Counted from the stretch's first letter, positions 28,238 through 36,840 are shown. The stretch: 51,231 bases of DNA from a virus (IMGVR_UViG_3300042691_040811), one strand, 5' to 3'. Program-made: numbers and translations. The notes: generated from the sequence alone by a model not told the origin.

Positions 28238-29071
28238 CTATGCCGCAGCCATTTCCAGGGCAACTCCCATAGCCCTCAAGTTGAGGGTGCTGCCCCGGCC
28301 AAAGTTGGCATAGTTGAAGCGGCCCTCATCGGTTTTACGGCTATGATTAGATGAATAGTCAGTGATTGCGTTAACCGCATCATAGAAGGTTTTACCCTCA
28401 TTACCTGCCCCATTATAGAACAGACCGTTGAGGGTTTCAACCAGAGAGTCCCGCATCTTAACAATCTCTTTGTCATAGACCCCCTCAAGAAATTTGCTGA
28501 ATTGATTAGCGCTGCAACTCGCCTTAGCGAGTTTCTCAGCATTTACACTGTAGGCCGCCATCGCCACATTAACAAAGTCAATGACTTCCTTAGTCTCTAG
28601 GATGCGATCGTTCACCCCTTCGTGATGACGAAACTTACTCTCAATGGACGCATAGCTCATTGCAAAGGTGTTGTTGCAAATTACTCTTACGTTTGAGGGT
28701 CCGATGGCCACAGAGTGATTGCCCACGTGCCCATTAAGCAGCGTAATGAATGCTTTATAGTCCTCGCCCAAAACTTGGAACTCTTGGGAGATTTGAGCCT
28801 GGATGAAAACCTTAGCCCCATGGTTAAGGTGACCGATATTCTCAATGGTAAGAACACCCTCCTCAACCATAGGATTTACCAGTCGGAGCAAATCTCGGTT
28901 TTGAACAGTTTCGTAAGCCCCTGAGACAACCCCAAGAGGAACCTCGTTATCCGAGCGAACGATGGCAACCTTGTCGTCAAGACGAATCATGTTGCCCTGG
29001 TGGTCTGGGTAGTAAATGGGGCGTTGCTCAACTTGCCAGTCAAGATTGTTGGTAATGGCGAATGCAGTCAT
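28238..29071 (-). CDS. DUF932 phage/plasmid-like protein
   Basis: LDWQVEQRP...AIVRSD...LGVV...Y..VQN; LLNGHVG...SNVRVICNNT. Confidence 0.9.
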   Translation of the reverse strand: MTAFAITNNLDWQVEQRPIYYPDHQGNMIRLDDKVAIVRSDNEVPLGVVSGAYETVQNRDLLRLVNPMVEEGVLTIENIGHLNHGAKVFIQAQISQEFQVLGEDYKAFITLLNGHVGNHSVAIGPSNVRVICNNTFAMSYASIESKFRHHEGVNDRILETKEVIDFVNVAMAAYSVNAEKLAKASCSANQFSKFLEGVYDKEIVKMRDSLVETLNGLFYNGAGNEGKTFYDAVNAITDYSSNHSRKTDEGRFNYANFGRGSTLNLRAMGVALEMAAA

Positions 29072-29272
29072 TGTTTTAAGGGGTTTAAGGTCAGGAGGTA
29101 TAAGCTAAGGATTAAATCCTAGTTGAATTTTCCATAGAAAGCGTAAGCCTCGGCCTCATCGTAGAAAGTGCGATAAATCGTGGTAACCCAGCGGTTTGCA
29201 CGATACGTTCCAACCTCAACAACCCACTTCTCCCCCAGATCCTTGATCTTGGCCATCGTGCCCTCAGACGGT

Positions 29273-29327
29273 GGCGGCCTCGGGCCGCCTTACCCCTTTA
29301 TTGTAGCACATTGCTCTAAGGGGTCAA
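29273..29327 (-). promoter_or_regulatory. Sigma70-type early promoter with 5' hairpin
   Basis: TTGACC-16-TACAAT (TGCTACAAT), followed by GGCGGC-CCGAG-GCCGCC-AC. Confidence 0.75.
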
Positions 29328-29340
29328 GCCCCTTGAGAGT

Positions 29341-29577
29341 CTAGTCCTTGTTCCCCCTCCCCCACCATTGAGAGCACCTTTGATCGCACTCTAAAGTTCC
29401 AGTGGGGTAGTCCATCCCTGCCTCAAAGGCATTTTGCATCAGCTCCTGAGGGTTTTTACCTGTGATCCTTTTCTGGTAGTCTGCTCTGGCCTCCGTTGGA
29501 CTCAAGAGAAAGAGCAAGGTCAGAAAAGAAGCCACAATGCTAGGTGTCACAGCCATGTCAATAAAGCAAAGAAGCAA
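29341..29577 (-). CDS. Small exported or membrane-anchored protein
   Basis: Hydrophobic N-terminus ending in TEARA. Confidence 0.5.
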   Translation of the reverse strand: MLLCFIDMAVTPSIVASFLTLLFLLSPTEARADYQKRITGKNPQELMQNAFEAGMDYPTGTLECDQRCSQWWGRGNKD

Positions 29578-30303
29578 TTAGGCAAATTGGTGTAACTCTT
29601 CCGAGTCCACATCCCAGACACATAGTGTATCGTGGTTGTCCTCATCCGCTTTAGTGCGGGTAGAACCCCCCATTCCCCCATCTAGAACAAGGTTTTTTTC
29701 GGAAATGTAAATAGCATGGTAGTGACCTGCTACACGCACCCATTCCCGATCGGTTTCCCATTCCCACCAGAACACCCGATCCTCTTGCTCAGGCCATTTA
29801 GCCCCCTTCACCCTAGGTCCATAGATCATAGCATCTTTCGACTTTGTAGTAACTTGGTCAATGCGATGGAACCCCTCATAAGTCGGAGGGAGAATCCAAC
29901 GGGGGAACATTGCATGGGCACAGCGGTATTCCTTGCCGGAGCAATCACGGAAAATAACACCGTAGGGAAAAGTGTTAAGCCAGTCTGCAACTTCTTGAAT
30001 CGGAATGTTTTCTTCCTCAAAATCTTTCAAAGTTCTCTGAAAGTCTTCGGAAGGATACACCTTATTACCTTTGGCAAATCGCTCTAGTTTGCTTTGGTGA
30101 TTAGACCTGAGCACTACAGCACCCATGTCCTTTTCGATGTTTTTAACAAGGTGGTAAACACCGGCAGAGTCGCTCGTTTCGACCCGGCTATCAAAGAGGT
30201 CTCCCAAAAGGATAGGAGTCAGCTTATTGCGATGGCAAAAGCTAACAGCTTGCTCTAAAGGTTTTAGCTGGGAATGGACATCCCCGATAATTGCATAACT
30301 CAT
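29578..30303 (-). CDS. Calcineurin-like metallophosphoesterase (true start MSYAII at 30303)
   Basis: IGDVH, LGDLFD, RSNH, AHA, AGHYH, LDGG motifs; the extra N-terminal ORF-track sequence comes from the inserted element. Confidence 0.9.
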   Translation of the reverse strand: MSYAIIGDVHSQLKPLEQAVSFCHRNKLTPILLGDLFDSRVETSDSAGVYHLVKNIEKDMGAVVLRSNHQSKLERFAKGNKVYPSEDFQRTLKDFEEENIPIQEVADWLNTFPYGVIFRDCSGKEYRCAHAMFPRWILPPTYEGFHRIDQVTTKSKDAMIYGPRVKGAKWPEQEDRVFWWEWETDREWVRVAGHYHAIYISEKNLVLDGGMGGSTRTKADEDNHDTLCVWDVDSEELHQFA

Positions 30304-30313
30304 TTGAAATAGG

Positions 30314-30578
30314 GGGTTTGAGATCCCGGACTTTAGTCCGGCTTTTAAGGGCAACAACAGGCTTGGGTATAATAGGTGTGAGTTTACAAAACTCTTGTTA
30401 GCTGTAGGCTGTGAAAACCAAACAGTTTTTGTTAACAAGGCAGTAAACTACCTAAAAGCCGCTGGGCGAGCGGCGTTAGCCTGTGGATCCAAAAACCTTT
30501 TGAGTTTAAGGAGTAGAAGCAGGAAACCCTGACCGTGAGGTTAGGAATCCCCGCCGTTTGAGGTAGGGAGGACGCCAA
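30314..30578 (+). mobile_element. Non-autonomous IS200/IS605 (tnpB-deleted) derivative carrying an omegaRNA region
   Basis: Near-identical (inverted) to 9713-9977; left hairpin CCGGACTTTAGTCCGG; right end partly decayed (...GTAGGGAGGACGCCAA). Confidence 0.9.
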
Positions 30579-30596
30579 GTTGTTTTACCTGAAGAC

Positions 30597-30655
30597 GGGC
30601 AAGAGACCCTTGCCCCATACCCCCTTATAGTAGCACACTTGGGGGCCAGGGTCAA
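30597..30655 (-). promoter_or_regulatory. Promoter of the phosphoesterase gene with 5' hairpin
   Basis: TTGACC-17-TACTAT (TGC extension), followed by GGGCAAG-GGTCT-CTTGCCC. Confidence 0.65.
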
Positions 30656-31158
30656 GGTTTTTCAGAGCCGTAACTAACTAAAGTAACTTTACCCCACTTT
30701 GCTACGTCGTCTGAGAACCTTTCAATCATTGGGATTATCCGGGTTTTATCTCCACGTGCATACCCGCACCCGATCATTGGAAATCCGACATTCACTCTCC
30801 TCCCCATACTCTCACAACCTTTGGCTATAAACGGGCACAGCCTATTGAGAAAGGTTTCAAAAGCGTCATACTCAAAGACATCTTCATACCCACTCCACCT
30901 ATACTGTGTATAGGCGTTTATGGCGCAAAACCTATGGCCATTGTCACCATCAACATAGGCAAAACTAAAATTCCCCAACTTTCCCCTATCCCCTTTGAGG
31001 GTAGCAAAGTCAGCCGCTTCAACACTGGGATACTTAGCAGCAATTTGCTTAGCAATCCCTGACCTCATTTTGTGAAAGCAGTTGCACCCCTGAACCACAA
31101 TATCGAATTGGCCCCGTTCGGCCAACTCAAGCAGATCCCCCTGAACCCTTTCCATCAA
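30652..31158 (-). CDS. Macrodomain (ADP-ribose binding/hydrolase) protein
   Basis: VQGDLL...IVVQGCNCFHKMRSGIAKQIA.KYP...INAYTQY...FPMIGCG.ARGD. Confidence 0.9.
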   Translation of the reverse strand: MMERVQGDLLELAERGQFDIVVQGCNCFHKMRSGIAKQIAAKYPSVEAADFATLKGDRGKLGNFSFAYVDGDNGHRFCAINAYTQYRWSGYEDVFEYDAFETFLNRLCPFIAKGCESMGRRVNVGFPMIGCGYARGDKTRIIPMIERFSDDVAKWGKVTLVSYGSEKP

Positions 31159-31327
31159 TACCCCAACACTTTGATTTCACAACCAGGGTTCAGCTCCTTT
31201 GCGATGAACCAGGCATTGGTAGCTCCGTTAGCAACCAACTCGATAACCCTTTCTTTTTTGTTTTTACCTGTGATAGAAACTTGATAAGTTTGTACAGACA
31301 TTTTGCAAAAAGGTTTAAAATTACTAT

Positions 31328-31687
31328 TTACCCACATCCTGACATGGACTCGAACCCCATCTGACTTACACGGGAGGGATTATTCCTGTATTCGACCACA
31401 AGATCAGAAATTTCCCCTATTTCGTCTTTTACGGAAGAGTCCCCTGTATCAACCCCAAGGATTAACTCCTCAACCTTTTCCTTTAGGTAGCCATCTCCAT
31501 CAAATAAGTAGTGAGAGTTGAGACTTAGGTAAAGGTCAACTGTGCAAGGGTCAAGAGTGTAGGGGACATCTTGCAAGAATCCAAGGGAGGATAGGCGCTC
31601 CAGTGTCCCAATGAGCCACAAAGTCTGTAAATCCTTGCGGCTGATGCTAAGTTCCATAGAATTGAGAAAAGGCGGCCACTCCGCCAC
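31328..31687 (-). CDS. Hypothetical protein
   Basis: 119-aa ORF. Confidence 0.55.
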   Translation of the reverse strand: MAEWPPFLNSMELSISRKDLQTLWLIGTLERLSSLGFLQDVPYTLDPCTVDLYLSLNSHYLFDGDGYLKEKVEELILGVDTGDSSVKDEIGEISDLVVEYRNNPSRVSQMGFESMSGCG

Positions 31688-31787
31688 TTCCCTACCAGCT
31701 TAGTTGCTCTCTACGTTCCCGACAAACTAATTTAACAAATTCTTCCGTTTTTGCGGAGGGGTAGCGATACAAAACTTTACACAATAG

Positions 31788-32105
31788 TCAGGGGGCCCTC
31801 CTGTCGGAAACCTTAAGGGTGATTGTATTGCCATAGGCTCCCTCTTTTAGGTATTTTTCAAATTTTAGGAAAGCAATGGCAGCCTTCTCTTCCTCAGTAA
31901 GAGGTTTCTTAAATAGGCCCCCAACAGAGTAACCGATGCTATATCCAACTACGCAACTTAGGAAGAATTTTGCGTAGGGTCCAAAGTTAGGGGAACTGCC
32001 AATAGCGCTGCCAGCAGATGCTCCTAAGAAGATTGCAACAGATACCCCCATCGCATTATTAAAAATTGCCCTGTTTGCAAATGTTAGGAATTTGTTAAAT
32101 TTCAT
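31788..32105 (-). CDS. Two-TM membrane protein
   Basis: Two Gly/Ala-rich hydrophobic segments. Confidence 0.6.
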   Translation of the reverse strand: MKFNKFLTFANRAIFNNAMGVSVAIFLGASAGSAIGSSPNFGPYAKFFLSCVVGYSIGYSVGGLFKKPLTEEEKAAIAFLKFEKYLKEGAYGNTITLKVSDRRAP

Positions 32106-32136
32106 GACGATGGTAAGGCTGGTGCCACCTTAGCAC

Positions 32137-32164
32137 AAAAAAAGAGGGGGAGCAGCCCCCCTCT
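32137..32164 (-). terminator. Intrinsic terminator
   Basis: AGAGGGGG/CCCCCTCT stem followed by T6 on the minus strand after the DUF6011 gene. Confidence 0.7.
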
Positions 32165-32192
32165 ACCCATCCGTAAGGACGATACCACGGGA

Positions 32193-32858
32193 TCAGGCCA
32201 TAGCCAGAACCTGATCCAGCAGCGCCTCAGCCTGATGCTCCCGGTAGTCGGCCTCAAGCTCGGCACGGGCGTCAGGGCCAGCGAGGTTGCTCAGGCAGAT
32301 CGGGCCAATGCCCCCGAGCACACTCACAGGGTCGCTCAGCTCACGGCCACAGCAGCTACAGTTTCCGGTTTGGCGGCCATAGGCAATGGCGGCCTGCTGA
32401 GGGTTTTCAGAAACCTTAGCCAGGGCCTCGGCAATCCGGCTATCCCCGTTGAACACCCCTGCAGGGGTGATCTTGCCAGCGTAGGCACCCGTGGAATAGT
32501 AAACATAGGCAGATCCAGCATTAAAACCCTTGGTGACAGCCTTGACCGTGACTCCATCAAAGCGGAGCACAACCTGGCGTTTGGCACCTTCCTGCATACG
32601 GTTCACCGTGGTGACAAGGTTGAGAAATTCCCCTGTGGCTTCGGGAATCACAGCGGTAGCGTTGGCGTTGAGGAAATCCTGAGCCACCTTGAGCGCCCAC
32701 AGATCATTCTTCTCCCAGCCCTTGTCCTGGCCGCCCAGAATCCAGTTAAGGAAGTCGGTGCGGGGAAGCTTGGCGACGATGCCATAGGCATCGGTGACGT
32801 TCAGATCGGTCGAGAAGGAGATGACCTTGCCAGCGTTGGTGGTGAGGGTGAAGTCCAT
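32193..32858 (-). CDS. DUF6011-containing protein (start MDFTL at 32858)
   Basis: C-terminal TGNCSCCGRELSDPVSVLGGIGPIC zinc motif; high-GC coding. Confidence 0.8.
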   Translation of the reverse strand: MDFTLTTNAGKVISFSTDLNVTDAYGIVAKLPRTDFLNWILGGQDKGWEKNDLWALKVAQDFLNANATAVIPEATGEFLNLVTTVNRMQEGAKRQVVLRFDGVTVKAVTKGFNAGSAYVYYSTGAYAGKITPAGVFNGDSRIAEALAKVSENPQQAAIAYGRQTGNCSCCGRELSDPVSVLGGIGPICLSNLAGPDARAELEADYREHQAEALLDQVLAMA

Positions 32859-32872
32859 GGTTTTGAGGCGGT

Positions 32873-32980
32873 GGGGGCGTCGCCCCCTTACCCCATTATT
32901 GTAGCACCTTGCCCCAAGGGTTGACGACTCCCGGAGTTTGGAAGGGGGGGCAAGCACCTTGCCTAGGGGGTTGGCGACTC
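32873..32980 (-). promoter_or_regulatory. -35-less promoter with two 50-bp tandem repeat units and a 5' hairpin
   Basis: TGCTACAAT at 32898-32906; + strand AGCACCTTGCC..AGGG(G)TTG(A/G)CGACTC at 32903 and 32953; hairpin GGGGGC-GAC-GCCCCC-AC. Confidence 0.7.
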
Positions 32981-33028
32981 AATGGTTTGGCGGAGGGACA
33001 AGCGAAGTTAGTGAGTGGCACCCCTTTC

Positions 33029-33277
33029 TTAAATTCTGGCATTTTTAGGTGTCTTGCTAATTGGTAGGGGCTCTCCGGCAGGAATCCACCCCCGCTTTAG
33101 CGCATAATGGGGGTCACCTTTCTTATTAACCCACACCCAGTAGTTCCACCCTTCAAATTTCACAAAGATTCTATCCTTTTCTTCTACGTCAACAGTGACA
33201 TTACGGGGGCGATCTCCCCTCCGCTTCGCTCTTTCAGACTTTGGTACCAGATGATACTTTTTTACTTTAGTTGGCAT
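33029..33277 (-). CDS. Basic hypothetical protein
   Basis: 82-aa K/R-rich ORF. Confidence 0.55.
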   Translation of the reverse strand: MPTKVKKYHLVPKSERAKRRGDRPRNVTVDVEEKDRIFVKFEGWNYWVWVNKKGDPHYALKRGWIPAGEPLPISKTPKNARI

Positions 33278-33437
33278 TGAGGGGTAAGTGTGGTTGCTGC
33301 CATGCTATAGGCCCTTACCTAACCCGCAACCCTCCATCACCGAACCCACACGTTGCCCCTAGGCACCTTAAGAAATTCTTTAGTTTCCCCATGCGTTCGT
33401 GGCGCCGTTCCTTCAAATGCCCTCGTACAACTTCTCT

Positions 33438-34724
33438 TTGACGTCCTCCCCACCGTGAACGGTGAGGATTCCTAACCTCACGATTAGGTTTTCCTGCTTC
33501 TTCCCCTTAAACTCAAATATGGTTTAAGGATCCACAGGCTAACGCCGCTCGCCCAGCGGCTAGAACATTCTTAGCTGCGTTGATGTCCCTGTCTAATAGG
33601 GCTCCGCAGTTTTGACAATTCCAAACCCTATCACTAAGGGAAAGCCTATCGGCTTTCTTGGAATTACAGACGTGGCAAATTTGGCTGCTGGGGTAAAAGC
33701 GGTCTATTTTAACCACCGTTCTTCCATACCACTCAGCTTTATACTCCAACTGTCTTGTGAACTCATACCAGCTAGCATCATAGATAGACTTTCTTAAACC
33801 TTTGCTGGCGTTTTTAACCATCTCAGTAACACACAAGTCTTCAACAAAAATCGCTTGGTTTTCACGAATCAGCGTTGTCGACAATTTGTGTAAAAAGTCT
33901 AGTCTGCAATTTACTACAGTTTCATGAACCTTAGCAACTTTTCTTTTTTGTTTTAAATAGTTCCTACTACCCTTTTGTTTCCTGCTAAGTCTCCTTTGCT
34001 CCTTAGCTAATTTATGCTGAAATTTTCTGTAAAACCTAGGGTTCTCAACTTTGAAACCTTTGTCCGTGGTCAGAAAACTTTCCAACCCAAGGTCAATTCC
34101 TACGGAATTGACACTGTGAGGGAGTTTAGGGGGCCAAGAACCCTTAAACTTGAAAGAAATAAACCACCTCCCACTACTTTTCTTGGTGATAGTAGCAGAA
34201 GTTATCTCAGAATCTTCTGGAATGAGCCGGGAGTAAACAACGGGCAAGGGTTCCTTAACCTTAGCAACATAAAGCTCCCCTTCTTTAAACCTGAAGGCGT
34301 TTTTAGTCAAGGTGATGCTATAGGTTCTCCCTTTCTTTTTAAAGTTAGGGAATTTAGAACGCCCATCAAAGAAACTCTTGAAAGCTCTATCGACATTACG
34401 AACAGACTGCTGCAAGGCATCAACAGAAACTTCCTTAAGGTAAAAAAGTTCAGGAATCTTTTTCCAAACTGTAATTTTCTTTACAGCTTCATAACCATTC
34501 CACTTAGCTTTAGGGTTAAGTTTTCTTTCTTCTTTATGCTCAAACAACGCTTTGTTGTAAACAACACGGGCGCAACCAAGCGTTTGGTTCAGGAAAACTT
34601 CCTGTTCCAAAGTCGGATAGAACCTGTATTTGTAAGAGAAAAGACGTTGTTTGCTCATGGCCTTCTTTTACCCAAGTCTGTTGTTGCTCTCAAAAGCCGG
34701 ACTAAAGTCCGGGGTCTCAAACCC
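33438..34724 (-). mobile_element. IS200/IS605-family (IS1341-type, tnpB-only) element
   Basis: Left-end hairpin CCGGACTTTAGTCCGG; right end GAAT-CCTCACCG-TTCA-CGGTGGGG-AGGACG-TCAA; no tnpA. Confidence 0.9.
33513..34658 (-). CDS. tnpB: RNA-guided endonuclease TnpB
   Basis: N-terminal YKYRFYPT HTH, RuvC motifs GIDLG / FVEDL / DRDINAA, and CHVC-CQNC zinc ribbon; catalytic D-E-D intact. Confidence 0.97.
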   Translation of the reverse strand: MSKQRLFSYKYRFYPTLEQEVFLNQTLGCARVVYNKALFEHKEERKLNPKAKWNGYEAVKKITVWKKIPELFYLKEVSVDALQQSVRNVDRAFKSFFDGRSKFPNFKKKGRTYSITLTKNAFRFKEGELYVAKVKEPLPVVYSRLIPEDSEITSATITKKSSGRWFISFKFKGSWPPKLPHSVNSVGIDLGLESFLTTDKGFKVENPRFYRKFQHKLAKEQRRLSRKQKGSRNYLKQKRKVAKVHETVVNCRLDFLHKLSTTLIRENQAIFVEDLCVTEMVKNASKGLRKSIYDASWYEFTRQLEYKAEWYGRTVVKIDRFYPSSQICHVCNSKKADRLSLSDRVWNCQNCGALLDRDINAAKNVLAAGRAALACGSLNHI

Positions 34725-34830
34725 ATTACCTAGGGTGAGCATCCCCGCGCATGATCCCAACCTTGTGCAGATTAATAATTCCCTTAATCTTTACTCATAC
34801 TAATTTACCCCGTGTTTTTTTTTTTTTAAG

Positions 34831-34863
34831 AAAACAAAACCCCTCCACGGTTAGGTGGAAGGG
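34831..34863 (-). terminator. Intrinsic terminator
   Basis: CCCTTCCAC-CTAACC-GTGGAGGGG followed by TTTTGTTTT. Confidence 0.75.
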
Positions 34864-34887
34864 TCTGTTTGGAGTTATGTTCTTAAA

Positions 34888-35205
34888 TCAAAAAGCAGTT
34901 TTCAAGTCGTCACGAATGCTGGCTGTATCAGAGTCTCCAGCAACTACAATGACAGCCTCCTGACCCCTACACCACACCCCCAAGGAGTATTCCCCGATGT
35001 ACCCCCAAATCGTACTACCGGAGGACAGGTTAGATACTCTGGTCGCCCCCATTGCATACATCTTGTTTTGGGCTCTTTGTTTGCAGGCAAAGGAGCCGAA
35101 GGGCGTATCTACCACAGCCATACTAACGTACGGAGCTGCCATGGAGGGGGTGGCTACCAAAGTGGTCGCCATCAAAGATAGCAAAGAAGCGGTCAGAACT
35201 TTCAT
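34888..35205 (-). CDS. Secreted/periplasmic protein with Sec signal peptide (start MKVLT at 35205)
   Basis: MKVLTASLLSLMATTLVATPSMA-A signal-like N-terminus; two Cys. Confidence 0.65.
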   Translation of the reverse strand: MKVLTASLLSLMATTLVATPSMAAPYVSMAVVDTPFGSFACKQRAQNKMYAMGATRVSNLSSGSTIWGYIGEYSLGVWCRGQEAVIVVAGDSDTASIRDDLKTAF

Positions 35206-35251
35206 CTTAGTTCGGTTGGTTGAATACTTCGGAAGTTTACCCAATTGAGAT

Positions 35252-35443
35252 TCAGTTATTATTACTGAAAGATCTGGCCATGCTTTCAATGTTTTTCCAA
35301 GCATGGTGACACGATGGAGAAACACTTGTCGTTATGGTTTTCCCCTTACTATTAACCCACATAATGTGCTTCCCAGTCCTTCTTTTCTCAGAAAATCCGT
35401 ACCTGCTCATCAGGGTTTGAAGTTCTCGGTAGAATTTCTTCAT
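35252..35443 (-). CDS. HicA-like toxin / dsRBD-fold RNase (start MKKFY at 35443)
   Basis: ELQTLMSRYGFSEKRRTGKHIMW...ITTSVSPS pattern with the conserved G-x-H. Confidence 0.6.
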   Translation of the reverse strand: MKKFYRELQTLMSRYGFSEKRRTGKHIMWVNSKGKTITTSVSPSCHHAWKNIESMARSFSNNN

Positions 35444-35554
35444 TTTGCTACGAGGGAAAGATTGGAGTAGGGCAACCCCATCCCACATAATAAAAGGGTT
35501 AGGGGCAAGTGACTGTGCGTTGCCCCGTAAGCCCCAACAATCTTCCGTATCTCT

Positions 35555-35968
35555 TTAGATTTCCGACTGTTTGCACTTAGAGGTGATGTTGATGGTTGCA
35601 GTCTCCAGCAGCTTGCCGTCAGGGAGTCGGCAGATGACTGAGCTGGTGTATGCCTTTCGTTTTGCACCTTCCACCGACACCCTACCCTCAAGGTGATAGT
35701 TGGCTTGCTGAATGTTGCTCAGGGTCCTAAACCCGTACAAAGTGTAGGAACGGATAAACCCATTTTCCCACGTGATGGCAACAGCGGGGGCCTTGTATCG
35801 GACAGGGATCTGCCAGGGTCCCATTGTCTCAAGGTCCCCACGCTGATCCTCCAGGGATGGGGCAATGTATTGCAGCCATTGCTCAGGGGTAAGGGGCAGG
35901 GCTCCCCCGTCAAAGGGCAGGGTCAGGGGTTGCAAGGTCGGCATGGTGCTCTTGGCATTGGCCTTCAA
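35555..35968 (-). CDS. Hypothetical protein
   Basis: 137-aa ORF. Confidence 0.55.
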   Translation of the reverse strand: MKANAKSTMPTLQPLTLPFDGGALPLTPEQWLQYIAPSLEDQRGDLETMGPWQIPVRYKAPAVAITWENGFIRSYTLYGFRTLSNIQQANYHLEGRVSVEGAKRKAYTSSVICRLPDGKLLETATINITSKCKQSEI

Positions 35969-36011
35969 TTATACTCCATTGCCCTGGCACAGTCAACCTT
36001 CTTACTAAACC

Positions 36012-36840
36012 TCATCCCAAATCGTCAAAATACTCGTTGAGCAGGTAGTTTATCTCTTGAATTGATAATGCCTCCACAAAGGCCACATTGTTGTAGAACC
36101 TACTATAGTTTACGCTCTTTAAAGCATTTAGAACGTCTGAATTAGCCACCTTTAAGAACATCTTAGTAGTGTTTTTCTGGCGGGGGAAGTCCGTGCTCAA
36201 TGATCCACACCCTCTGCCAAAGATGGTAAGGCTAACATCAGCGTGTTCAGGGGTTGTCTTAACGATGTATCCTCTATCTTCAATCTTAATAATATCCCTA
36301 GTAAAATCTTTTTTCTGATAAATTTGAAAAATTGTATTTAGTTTCCCCTTACTACCCTGACCGTCTGTAGTGTAATCTACGCAAAGGTCTTCATCATGCA
36401 TTAAGTGAAATCTAGTATCTAAACGATTTAGAACAGACCACTTTCTCCAACTCTTAGGGGTAATAAACCCAATGTAATCACTGACTTCAGCGCACTTATT
36501 AAAGAAAGGTACTGATAACTTATTAGCTCTTCCGAAAGGCGGGTTCGACAAGGTAACACAGTTTCTTAAGCCAGATAGGTTTTCTGTGAGAAAGTCGTCC
36601 GTCTTTTTAACCATTGGGTGCTTAGGTTCTATGTCGTAAGACACTATTGAGGATGGGGGGATTTTCCCCCTAACCATAGAGTCTATGAAAGAACCCGTAC
36701 CCCCCCGCAGGCTCTAGCCAAGTTCTTTGCAGTGTGTCAATCTTGCCAAGCATTGTGATAAAACAATGATCCGCAGTTTCCTTAGGAGTATAATACTGCT
36801 CTTTCCCAGTTACTCTTTTATTCTGTGGTTCCTTTCCCAT
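36012..36840 (-). pseudogene. DNA amino-methyltransferase split by a +1 frameshift in a G7 tract (36700-36706)
   Basis: The frame from ATG 36840 gives EQYYTP...WLEPAGG then stops at 36670. Removing one G gives EPAGGTGSFIDS joined to ORF 36012..36677 with SYDIEP and SNPPFG (275 aa). Confidence 0.85.

Noticed and set aside
9853-30438. Apparently duplicated protein start MLTKTVWFSQPTANKSFVNSHLLYPSLLLP (9853..10086 and the 5' extension of 29578..30438)
   Set aside because: It is the antisense reading of the IS-derived element; the phosphoesterase starts at 30303.
31346-31356. GGTTCGAGTCC T-loop-like motif on the minus strand
   Set aside because: No acceptor or anticodon stems; it lies within the 3' end of ORF 31328..31687.
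9693-33437. Self-targets for the four putative omegaRNA guides elsewhere in the window
   Set aside because: None found by eye, but the search was not exhaustive; an exact-match scan of the full genome is needed.
32235-34733. Long + strand ORFs opposite DUF6011 and tnpB (32235..32924, 34014..34733); likewise 13355..13837
   Set aside because: Antisense shadows of well-supported minus-strand genes; no motifs.
33438-34760. A definite TAM and left boundary for the tnpB element
   Set aside because: Candidates (CTAG, GGGT, TTGA, TTAT) conflict between copies; an empty-site allele is required.
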